From Lingula anatina (Eukaryota > Animalia > Brachiopoda), in NCBI GenBank assembly GCA_051362555.1, contig CM120643.1, positions 23,688,848 through 23,752,847 of the forward strand: a stretch of DNA of 64,000 nucleotides, read 5' to 3'. Of the stretch, positions 10,705-23,563 are shown piece after piece (the first letter of the stretch is position 1; each line of letters begins with the position of its first letter). The notes under the pieces are model-generated. The model was given only the letters and a program-made list of their open reading frames with translations. It did not search any database and was not told the DNA's origin. The position numbers and the translations under genes were made by a program.

Positions 10705-13700
10705 GTATGAAATGTTAACGTTAATTGAGAGAAGGAGTTGATACATGTATTTTACGGAATTGGTCTTATTATGATTTTTAATTTAAGATTTATCGGTACG
10801 GTTTAAGATTATATAATATACAGGGGGCGTCTCGATAGTCCGAAGGTTCATTGGTCCGAAGGTTCATTGGTCCGAAAAGTGGTAACATTTTCATCGATTT
10901 TTTAATCAAGGGTTCATTGGTCCGAAGGTTCTATAGTGAACATTCGGACCAATGAACCTTCGGACTATTGAACCTTCGGACTATCGCTACGGCCCCAATA
11001 TACAAACCCCATGTACATGTACACTGTAGCTGCACTGGTCGAACTGATTTAGTGTCCAATTTTTTTTAATAAATCTAGGGTCTTAATATTACACGCATAG
11101 AGATACCGTTATTTTTCAGTACAGTATGAATAAATTGTTTGAACTTTCGGTATATATATCTCATTAAGATCAATTAAAATATATCCATCATTAAAGGTGG
11201 CATGTTTGCTATTTTTTTCAAGACGCCATGTCTGGAAATGCATCTTGCCAAAGTTGCCCAACTTGTTTTTTAACCTCTCGTCTTTTATCAACTGCTAACA
11301 TGGGGGTGCAGGAGACAGATACTGTACAGTGTACTACTAGTACATGTAGAACTAGTATGTGTATTTATGGCGATTAAAACAAAATCCACAGACTATTATA
11401 TAAAGGTGTTTGATTTGCTCATGGAAGGCACATATGCAGGTTGTTTAAAACATGTTTTTGTCAGTCCTACAGTAGCTTGCATGTATGCTGGTACACGGGT
11501 ATACACACCATACTTGAACATGCACATGTAACCCAATGTCATACATGTACATATACTGGTAAATGATCATGAGTACACTGTGTACAGATATACATATACC
11601 CTGTGCACATGTAGTCTTTGATTTCACTTATAAGATGTACATCCATTCCTTCCAAAATAATCCAGTTGGAAATAACAGTGTTATTAAATGGACATCTGGT
11701 TGCCAGTTATACTGTACTGGAACTTCATTGATATACATGCACATGTACAATTTTCACTTTGTGACATCATTAACAAAATAAATAACAAAACATTATCATT
11801 GGTATACTTATACAGCAGACAGCCAGGATTGAACGAAATCCAGGGTTTGAACCTGTCCGGTCTTGTGACTTGGAAAATGAGAAGTTGATTGGGACAGGAG
11901 GCTTTGGGAAGGTGTACCATGCTCATCACAAAGATTGGGGAGAAGTAGCAGTAAAGAAGGTTCTGGGGACAGAGGTTGCTGAAAGGTGAGTGTGCCACTG
12001 TCTAAATATGTACTACTGGTAATGGGACTTGATTGGTACTACGTAATAATAAAATTAACATGTACCACATTCAGGCCTGTAGTCAACAGAGGCCATCAAA
12101 GGGGGGGTTCTCTTTTGAAAAAAAAAAACTGTCCCCCTAGTTAGAAGTTGACCCCAACTTGAAAAATGAAATACTGCAGCACAATGATTATATAGAGCAA
12201 AGTTTGATTCAGAGCAGACATTTTCTTATTCCCCTACCCAAATGGGTAGGCCTGATGTTCGAAATAAGAACCAAGTATCCAGTATAAGCAGGTGCCTGTA
12301 ACACTGTATGTTTAATGTACATGAACATGTAGTGAGGGACTGCTGGAGCTGAGGGTGCTAAAAGTTGGGTGTCTGGTATAAAAAGGATAATTACATACTC
12401 CGGGCACTTAATAGTATGAGCTCTTGAATAACCTGTTAATCTGGCTGTCTCTCATAAAATGAATTTGGTCTGAGGAAATAACAAAACAAGACCTGTGTGG
12501 ATACTCAAGACACTCTGTCCCATCTGGAACTATGCATGCTTTTTATGTACAGACACAGATGTGTCTGTACATATAGCCATCATCTGCGTCTGTCGTCGTC
12601 GCCGTCGTCGTCGCCGTGCACTTTTACCGATAACACGATAAGTGGAAAACCATTCTATCTTTTGACTTGAAACTTGCAGAACTGATGAATATTCATAATA
12701 CGCAGGTCAAGTTCGAAAATCAGCATGATCGGGTCACTTTTAGGGAATTTATGCTGTTTTTTCACTTTTTTCAGCATATATGCAGCACCGATAACACGAT
12801 AAGTGGAAAACCATTTTACCTTTTGACTTGAAACTTACAGAACTGATGAATATTCATAATACGCAGGTCAAATTCGAAAATCAGCATGATTGGGCCATTT
12901 TTAGGGAATTTATGCTGTTTTTTCACTATTTTCAATATAAATACAACACTGATAACACAATATAAGAAAAACGGATTGGCCAATTGTAATTATACTCACA
13001 GGAGTGGTCAATCTTACTAAAACGCAGGTTGAGTTCGAAAATCAGCATAATCGGGCCATTATTTTAGAAGTTATACTGTTTTTCACATTTCCTCAGATTC
13101 AATTAATAGGCATGTTAACAGTCTCATTATTTAACTAATAAGATGCCTAAAAGTGTTTGTTTGATATTTCCTGCATCTTTACAACATTGTTAGTTGATTA
13201 TGTAAAAAACATGGTAAACTTGTTATCATGTATTGTGTAACAAAGTGTCAAAAATGGAAATAAACTCATATCATTGCAGTTTGTCAGATTCAATCATCCA
13301 CTATGTTCAGAATCTCAGAATGGAGGAAATTGGACATTTAACACTGTTCTATTGATACTTTTCCCATCTCATCAATTTTCTTAGTTGGTCATATAAAATG
13401 GCAGTAAAATGTTTATTTTGTTTTATGTTAAAAAAGTGTTAAAAATGGAAATAAACCCATTTCAGAACAGTGCTGTCTTGTTTACATTTTGGCATTTTCA
13501 AGGCGTGACTTTGAAGTTCCTTGGGCCTGAAGACCTTTGCTAGTCACATTTTCTGAATATCTGTGATACTAATATTTTATAATTAAAAATTGATGGTCAT
13601 TAAGCTGTTAAACATTATGTAATATTGCATCAAAATTTGAAGAAACCCCTATTTTGGGCACTGCTTCCATGATGACCATTTAAGGAAAATCATGTCACTT

Positions 13701-16700
13701 ACTGTTCTCAAACTTACAGGAAAGAAACATGGGACTAAAATACAGCTTCAGTAGGCAATGCAGTCTGTTTGGTATTTTTATTTATTTATTTATTTTTTTT
13801 TTTTGGCAGTTTAACAGTTTTTTGTGAAAATTTAGTTTTTCACATATTGGCATTTTCAAGGTGTGACTTTAAAGTTCCATGATCTTGAAGACTTTTGCTT
13901 GTCACATTTTCTGAATGTCCATGTTACTAATATTTTATTAATAACATTTGATTGTCATTATGCTGTTAAACATTATGTAATGTTGCATCAAAATTTGAAG
14001 AAACCCCTATTTTGGGCACTGCTCCTATGATGACCATTTAAGGGAAATCATGTCACTTACTGTTCTCAAACTTACAGGAAAGAAACATGGGTCTAACATA
14101 CAGCTTCAATTGGCAACACAGTCTGTTTGGTAAATTTTTCTGGCAATTTAACAGTTTTTTGTGAAAATTTAATTTTTCACTTATTTGCATCTTTATTTTC
14201 TGTTCTTTGTCTGTACATTTGACAGCTTTGCTGCCTTGTTGTTTTAATTGGCAAGGGTCAGTTTTTTATCTTAAAAATATTTTGATTATTTTCAGTTTCT
14301 TGTGCAGTGCCTCTCCTTATTCTTACTGTACTTGTATTTCTTTGTAAAGATGTGGACTGAAATAAAGTACTGTGTGCTATTTATTTATTTATTTATTTAT
14401 TTATTTTAGGGAAAAAAAGGACCTGGAGAAGGAGGCTAGAAAACTTTGGAGCGTTAGTCATGAAAACATAGTCCGACTAATAGGCGTGGTTATGGAGACC
14501 AATGAATATGCATTGGTTATGGACTATATGTCCCATGGGTCTCTCTTTAACTTTGTACGTGACCATGAAGTGCCTTTCCCTCTCCAAGTTCAGATGGTCT
14601 ACCAGATAATCCTTGGGGTTAACTACCTCCACACACGTAACCCAGCCATTCTTCACCTGGACCTAAAGGGACAAAATGTGTTGGTGAATGAGGATTTTAA
14701 TGTCAAAGTATGTCAAAGTTTTTTAACGCTGAAAATTATTGTTGATTTAGTTTGACTGAATAAGTTTTTTTTCTCATTATTTGTTCTTAATAAAATGCTT
14801 TTGTCATTTGGTTAAAATAATTAATTTAGTTATTAGTAAGCAGCTTAGACTTGATGCTGCATGGTATCCTTTTTAGTTTCAGTATCCTTTAGACAGATTT
14901 TAAAGAAACTACAAATACTTAACTTAACAGCAGATTTCAAACATTCAGTGCATCTTTTCTCCCTTCTTTTATGGCATGTTTTATAAACAGTATGGATACA
15001 GATCATTTTTATTTGTTATTTTGACAAAAGTATCACTCATTACCCATTAAATGTGTTTAAAGCCAATGTATATATATGCTACTTAAAAACAGCTGGTGCC
15101 ATACTAGTGTTCTCAAATTCTTTAGTAAGGTGATTCCTAAATATTGCAACTAATACCACTTTTATCATCAATTCATTTGTTCAGCTGTGTGACTTTGGAC
15201 TGGCCCAGTGGAGGTTATGTTCAAGGTTATACTCCAGGTATACATTAAAGGCTGGAACAGCCACTCACGTGCCCCCAGAACGATGGAATAACATTAACTG
15301 TCAGCCAAATGTTAAGTTTGATGTGTATGCCTTTGGTATTGTTGTCTGGGAAATCCTGGCCAAGGAAATACCTTACAAAGGTAATAAAGGAGATTAATGA
15401 TTTAAAGTCACATTTTAAAGAGAGTCTGAGAAAATCACAGTTAGCGGTAATGTAATACATCAGCCTGAAAATGATGTACATATAATTAAATGTACATGTA
15501 TATACCTGTACATGTAGGGATTCCCAATATAAGGGAAAATAACCCCTGGCCTATTATAAGCACAGAGCTAGGAGAACACTATCATACCTCTTTGTTAACA
15601 TTGTTGTACTAGGGAGTTTTTTTTTCCTGTGGGTAATGTTTTCCCCTTAGAATCATTTAAAATATGTCTCCAGAAAAATGCCAAAAGAATAGATTATTAT
15701 TAATGTTTTTTTTCTTGTTATGTTTAATTAATTATTTTTACAGATATAGGTCCAGAAGTTTTCATAAGATGTGTGAGCCAGGGACAGAGACCTGATATGA
15801 ATAAAATCTCTAGCACCAAAGACTGGTTAAGAAAGATCATAACTGACTCTTGGAGCCAAGATCCAAACATGAGACCCACATTTTCAGGTAGCAAATAACA
15901 TAAAATCTCTGCATTTACAAGTAGAAATTTATTTATTACTAGTAGAGTGTGTATTTTGGTGGGATGCAAGTGCAAATTAAATTGATTTTTTAGTATGATC
16001 TGTTAAAGGGATAATAACTCTCCATTTTGGCCAAAAAATGAATTTTCCTGGAGTAAACAACAATTTTCCCATACTTACCAATGGTTAATGAATCCATTTT
16101 TACATTCAAAGTTGGTCCCTGGTTTTTTTCTAAAAAGTTTGGTTTTTTATGTACAGACACAGATGTGTCTGTACATATAGCCATCATCTGCGTCTGTCGT
16201 CGCTGTCGTCGCCGTCGTCGCCGTGCACTTTTACCGATAACACGATAAGTGGAAAACCATTTTACCTTTTGACTTGAAACTTGTAGAACTAATGAATATT
16301 CATAATACGCAGGTCAAGTTCGAAAATCAGCATGATCGGGTCACTTTTAGGGTATTTATGCTGTTTTTTCACTTTTTTCAGCATATATGCAGCACCGATA
16401 ACACGATAAGTGGAAAACCATTTTACCTTTTGACTTGAAACTTACAGAACTGATGAATATTCATAATACGCAGGTCAAGTTCGAAAATCAGCATGATTGG
16501 GCCATTTTTAGGGAATTTATGCTGTTTTTTCACTATTTTCAATATAAATGCAACACTGATAACACAATATAAGAAAAACGGATTGGCCAATTGTAATTAT
16601 ACTCACTGGAGTGGTCAATCTTACTAAAATGCAAGTTGAGTTCGAAAATCAGCATAATCGGACCATTATTTTAGAAGTTATACTTTTTTTCACATTTCCT

Positions 16701-19700
16701 CAGATTCAATTATTAGGCATGTTAACAGTCTCATTATTTAACTAATAAGATGCCTTAAAGTGTTTGTTTGATATTTCCTGCATCTTTACAACATTGTTAG
16801 TTGATTATGTAAAAAACATGGTAAACTTGTTATCATGTATTGTGTAATAAAGTGTCAAAAATGGAAATAAACTCATATCATTGCAGTTTGTCAGATTCAA
16901 TCATCCACTATGTTCAGAATCTCAGAATGGAGGAAATTGGACATTTAACACTGTTCTATTGATACTTTTCCCATCTCATCAATTTTCTTAGTTGGTCATA
17001 TAAAAATGGCAGTAAAATGTTTATTTTGTTTTATGTTAAAAAAGTGTTAAAAATGGAAATAAACCCATTTCAGAACAGTTCTGTCTTGCTTACATTTTGG
17101 CATTTTCAAGGTGTGACTTTGAAGTTCCATGGGCCTGAAGACCTTTGCTAGTCACATTTTCTGATTATCTGTGATACAAATATTTTATAATTAAAAATTG
17201 ATGGTCATTAAGCTGTTAAACATTATGTAATATTGCATCAAAATTTGAAGAAACCCCTATTTTGGGCACTGCTTCCATGATGACCATTTAAGGAAATCAT
17301 GTCACTTACTGTTCTCAAATTTACAGGAAAGAAACATGGGACTAAAATACAGGTTCAGTAGGCAATGCAGTCTGTTTTGTATTTTTTGTATTTTTTTTTT
17401 TTTTTTTTTTTTGGCAGTTAAACAGTTTTTTGTGAAAATTTAATTTTTCACATATTGGCATTTTAAAGGTGTGACTTTAAAGTTCCATGATCCTGAAGAC
17501 TTTTGCTTGTCACATTTTCTGAATGTCCATGTTACTAATATTTTATTAATAACATTTGATTGTCATTATGCTGTTAAACATTATGTAATGTTGCATCAAA
17601 ATTTGAAGAAACCCCTATTTTGTGCACTGCTCCTATGATGACCATTTAAGGGAAATCATGTCACTTACTGTTCTCAAACTTACAGGAAAGAAACATGGGT
17701 CTAACATACAGCTTCAATAGGCAACGCAGTCTGTTTGGTAAATTTTTCTGGCAATTTAATAGTTTTTTGTGAAAATTTAATTTTTCACTTATTTGCATCT
17801 TTATTTTCTGTTTTTTTGTCTGTACATTTGACAGCTTTGCTGCCTTGTTGTTAAAATCTCTTAAGAGATTATAACAGAGTATAGTCATCAATGGAGGTCA
17901 CGTGATCTGAAGACAAGCTCAGATATCAGAATAATAGCTATAACTGCTGTTTTTGTCGTAAAACAGAATATAATATATTTCTATGAGTTATTCACAATGT
18001 TTTTATTGTGAAATATAGATCTCATACGAAGAGTTATTATCCCTTTAAGATATTAAAAGATAATACGATCACTGTTACAATCAATTACTTCACTGTAACA
18101 ATTAATCAATTTTTGGGTCATAATTATATATTTAAAAATTACATTCCAAACAGTGGAGTCAGTAGTCAAAAGCATAATTTGTAATGTTAAGATCTTTTAA
18201 ATTAATAATAAATAAATATAGGCTACTTGAATTTCTTTGCTTCTGTTCTATATTTTCAATTGAATTCAACATTTAAAATGGATAATGGCCAACCTGCAAC
18301 ATGACCAGTATCATATTGTATGTGACTTCATTCTGATTTTAGATCTAAAAGGAAGAGTGGATCCTATCATGCAGAGATATAAAGCGCAAATTCCGGCTGC
18401 TAAAAGACAATTGTCAGAGCAGTGTGAAGCTGAAGTACATGTAGTGAGTTCATTGAATTGAACACAGTTATATTGTTTAACATAATTAAAAATTTATGGA
18501 TTTGTTATTTCTTATCTATTTTCCACTTGCTAAATTTAAAGATTCATTATTATCGAAATATGCTTGAATATAAACTTTTATATAAAGTTAAACTTCTAAC
18601 CTAGCTCTAGAATTCAACAATTGTGGTAAAGAGAAAGTTGCTTTCTCAATGAAAAGAAAATGATATTCAGGAAAAGAAATTGATTTTTAGGAAGTGGAAG
18701 CGAAATATTCCTTTTTATATACAGACACAGATGTGTCTGTACATATAGCCATCACCTGCGTCTGTCGTCGCCGTCGTCGCTGTCGTTGCCGCCGTCGCCG
18801 TGCACTTTTACCGATAACACGATAAGTGGAAAACCATTTTACCTTTTGACTTGAAACTTGCAGAACTGATGAATATTCATAATACGCAGGTCAAGTTCGA
18901 AAATCAGCATGATCGGGTCACTTTTAGGGAATTTATGCTGTTTTTTCACTTTTTTCAGCATATATGCAGCACCGATAACACAATAAGTGGAAAACCATTT
19001 TACCTTTTGACTTGAAACTTACAGAACTGATGAATATTCATAATACGCAGGTCAAGTTCGAAAATCAGCATGATCGGGTCACTTTTAGGGAATTTATGCT
19101 GTTTTTTCACTTTTTTCAGCATGTATGCAGCACCGATAACACAATAAGTGGAAAACCATTTTACCTTTTGACTTGAAACTTACAGAACTGATGAATATTC
19201 ATAATACGCAGGTCAAGTTCGAAAATCAGCATGATCGGGTCACTTTTAGGGAATTTATGCTGTTTTTTCACTTTTTTCAGCATATATGCAGCACCGATAA
19301 CACGATAAGTGGAAAACCATTTTACCTTTTGACTTGAAACTTACAGAACTGATGAATATTCATAATACACAGGTCAAGTTCGAAAATCAGTATGATCGGG
19401 TCACTTTTAGGTAATTTATGCTGTTTTTTCACTATTTTCAATATAAATGCAACACTGATAACACAATATAAGAAAAACGGATTGGCCAATTGTAATTATA
19501 CTCACAGGAGTGGTCAATCTTACTAAAACGCAGGTTGAATTCGAAAATAAGCATAATCGGGCCATTACTTAAGAAGTTATACTGTTTTTTCACATTTCCT
19601 CAGATTCAATTATTAGGCATGTTAACAGTCTCATTATTTAACTAATAAGATGCCTAAAAGTGTTTGTTTGATATTTCCTGCATCTTTACAACATTGTTAG

Positions 19701-22700
19701 TTGATTATGTAAAAAACATGGTAAACTTGTTATCATGTATTGTGTAATGAAGTGTCAAAACTGGAAATAAACACATATCATTGCAATTTGTCATATTCAA
19801 TCATCCACTATGTTCAGAATCTTAGATGGAGGAAATTGGACATTTAACACTGTTCTATTGATATTTTCCCCATCTCATCAATTTTATTAGTTGGTCATAA
19901 AAAAATGGCAGTTAATTGTTAATTTTGTTTTATGTTAAAAAAGTGTTAAAAATGGAAATAAACCCATTTCAGAAAAGTGCTGTCTTGTTTACATTTTGGC
20001 ATTTTCAAGATGTGACTTTGAAGTTCCATGGTCCTGAAGACCTTTGCTGGTCACATTTTCTGAATATCCATGATACTAATATTTTATTATTAAAAATTGA
20101 TGGTCATTATGCTGTTAAACATTATGTAATATTGCATCAAAATTTGAAGAAAACCCTATTTTGGGCACTGTTCCCATGATGATCATTTAAGGAAAATCAT
20201 ATCACTCACTGTTCTCAAACTTACAGGAAAGAAACATGGGACTAAAATATAGCTTCAGTAGGCAATGCAGTCTGTTTGGTAAATTTTTCTGGCAATTAAA
20301 CAGTTTTTTGTGAAAATTTAATTATTCATTTATTGGCATTTTCAAGGTGTGACTTAGAACCTCCACGGGCTTGAAGACCTTTGCTAGTCACATTTTCTGA
20401 ATATCCATGATACTAATATTTTATTATTAAAAATTGATGGTCATTATGCTGTTAAACATTATGTAATGTTGCATCAAAATAGAAGAAAACATAATTTTTG
20501 GTGTTGCTGCCATGATGACCATTATGGGAAAATCATGTTACTTACGACTCAATCTTTCAAAAAAAAGTTGGAAAAGCAGTCTAATTGGCTTCTTTTTCTG
20601 GAATTTATACATTTTAGTGAAATATTCATTATTATCTTTTTGGCATATTCATTGTGGGACTCAGAACTCCCATGGACATGAAGCCAAATGGTAATCAAAT
20701 TTTCTACATGTCCTTGCTATTCATAGTCAATAATAAAAAATTGGTGATCATTATTCTATAAATTATTATGTAATGTTACATCAAAATTGACAAAAATATA
20801 TTTGTACTGCTTCTGCAAACATTATGGAAAGAAAACTGTGTTACTTATTATTATGTTTAACTTACAAGTATGATTTTTAGGATTGGCATGCAGTTCAAAT
20901 TAGAAAGCCAGCTCTATTGGGTTATCACTTATTATTGAATTTATGCAATTTTGTGTTAAATTTTCATTTTTATGTACAGACACAGATGTGTCTGTACATA
21001 TAGCCGTCATCTGCGTCTGTCGTTGCCGTCGTTGCCGTCGTCGCCGTGCACTTTTACCGATAACACGATAAGTGGAAAACTGTTTTTTCTTTTTGTTTGA
21101 AACTTACAGAACTGATGAATATTCATAATACGCAGGTCGAGTTCGAAAATCAGCATGATCGGGTCACTTATAGGGAATTTATGCTGTTTTTTCACTTTTT
21201 TCAGCATATATGCAGCACCGATAACACGATAAGTGGAAAACCATTTTACCTTTTGGCTTGAAACTTACAGAACTGATGAATATACATAATACGCAGGTCA
21301 AGTTCGAAAATCAGCATGATTGGGTCATTTTTAGTGAATTTAGGCTATTTTTTCTCTTTTTTCAGCATATATGCAGCACCGATAACACGATAAGTGGAAA
21401 ACCATTTTACCTTTTGGCTTGAAACTTACAGAACTGATGAATATTCATAATACGCAGGTCAAGTTCGAAAATCAGCACGATCGGGTCACTTATAGGGAAT
21501 TTATGCTGTTTTTTCACTTTTTTCAGTATATATATGCAACACTGATAACACAATATAAGAAAAACAGATTGGCCAATTGTCATTATACTCACAGGAGGGG
21601 CCAATCTTACTAAAACACAGGTTGAGTTTGAAAATCAGCATAATCAGTCCATTATTTTAGAAGTTATGCTGTTTTTTCACATTTCCTCACATTCAATTCT
21701 TAGGCATGTTAACAGTCTCATTATTGAACTAATAAGATACGTAAAAGTGTTTGTTTGACATTTCCTACATCTTTACAACATTGTTAGTTGATTTTGTAAA
21801 AATGATGGTAAACTTGTTATCATGTATTGTGTAATAAAGTGTCAAAAATGGAAATAAACTCACATCATTACAGTTGGTCAGATGCATTCATCCACTATGT
21901 TCAGAATCTCAGAATGGAGGAAGTTGGACATTTAACACTGTTCTATTGATACTTTTCCCATCTCATCAATTTTCTTCATTGGTCATATAAAAATGGCAGT
22001 AAACTGTTTATTTTGTTTTATGTTAAAAAAGTGTTAAAAATGGAAATAAACCCATTTCAGAACAGTGCTGTCTTGTTTACATTTTGGCATTTTCAATATG
22101 TGACTTTGAAGTTCCATGGGCCTGAAGACTTTTGCTAGTTACATTTTCTGAATAACCATGATACTAATATTTTATAATTAAAAATTGATGGTCATTATGC
22201 TGTAAAACATTATGTAATATTGCATCAAAATTTGAAGAAACCCCTATTTTGGGCACTGCTCCCATGATGACCATTTAAGGAAAATCATGTCACTTACTGT
22301 TCTCAAACTTACAGGAAAGAAACATGGGACTAAAATACAGCTTCAGTAGGCAATGCAGTCTGTTTGGTAAATTTTTCTGGCAATTAAACAGTTTTTTGTG
22401 AAAATTTAATTTTTCACATATTGGCATTTCCAAGGTGTGACATCGAACCTCCACGGGCTTGAAGACCCATGCTAGTCACATTTTGTGAAAATCCATGACA
22501 CTTATATTTTATTATTAAAAATCGATGATCATTATGCTGTTAAGCATTATGTAATGTTGCATCAAAATAGAAGAAAACACAATTTTTGGTGCTGCTGCCT
22601 TGATGACCATTGTGGGAAAACCGTGTTACTTATGACTGTCAAACTTTCAAAAAAGAAACACAGGACTAAAATGCAGCCTGAGTTAGAAAAGCAGTCTAAT

Positions 22701-23505
22701 TGGCTTCTTTTTCTGGAAATTATACATTTTAGTGTAATATTCATTATCTTTTTGGCATATTCATTGTGGGACTCGGAGCTCCCATGGACATGAAGCCAAA
22801 TGATAATCCTATTTTCTACATGTCCATCCTATTTATAGTCAATAAACAAAAATTGGTGATAATTATTCTCTAATTTATTATGTAATGTTACATCAAAATT
22901 GACAACAATCTTTTTGCACTGCTACTGCAAACATTATGAAAAGAAAACTGTGCTACTTATTATGATTTTAAACTTACAAGTACGATTTTTAGGATTGGCC
23001 TTCAGCTCATGAGAAAACCAGCTCTATTGGATTATCATGTTTATTGTATTTATGCATTTTTTGTGAAATTTTCATTTTTCTCATTCTGGCACTTTCTAAG
23101 TATAAACTTGAACTCTGATGGGCCTGGAGCCTTATGCTTTTACTTTCGTCTGTGTTACCTGTTGTGCATAAGTTGATGTTGACTGTGCAGTTAACCATAA
23201 TGTATTATTGCATCAGGATTGGTAGTCTCCTATTTTGGGCATTATGGTTTTGTGCTTTTCTTAAGGTGTGACTTATGGGCCTGAAGACCTTTGAGTGGGT
23301 CAGTCTGTAAATTACCCTTGGGTATCAGTAGATCAATTTCAGAGTTATAAAGTCATTTGCTTTAATAGGCCATTAAATGAGATTACGTAAAGCACACTTA
23401 TTGATATTTCCCTGTAAACTCCCAAAGGTAAAGCCCTCTGCTAGATTAATAATAAGGAAGCAGTGATAATTATGCAGGTAAATTTTGTTTAATATTGCAA
23501 ATAAG

Positions 23506-23563
<58 letters not shown>

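Noticed and set aside
14620-14680. HLD instead of HRD suggesting a pseudokinase
   Set aside because: Non-RD catalytic loops are normal in RIP kinases (e.g. RIPK4 HLD); catalytic K, D, N and DFG are intact.
18790-19440. Regularly spaced repeats resembling a CRISPR array
   Set aside because: The whole 161-bp unit repeats with no unique spacers; eukaryotic intron context and no cas genes.
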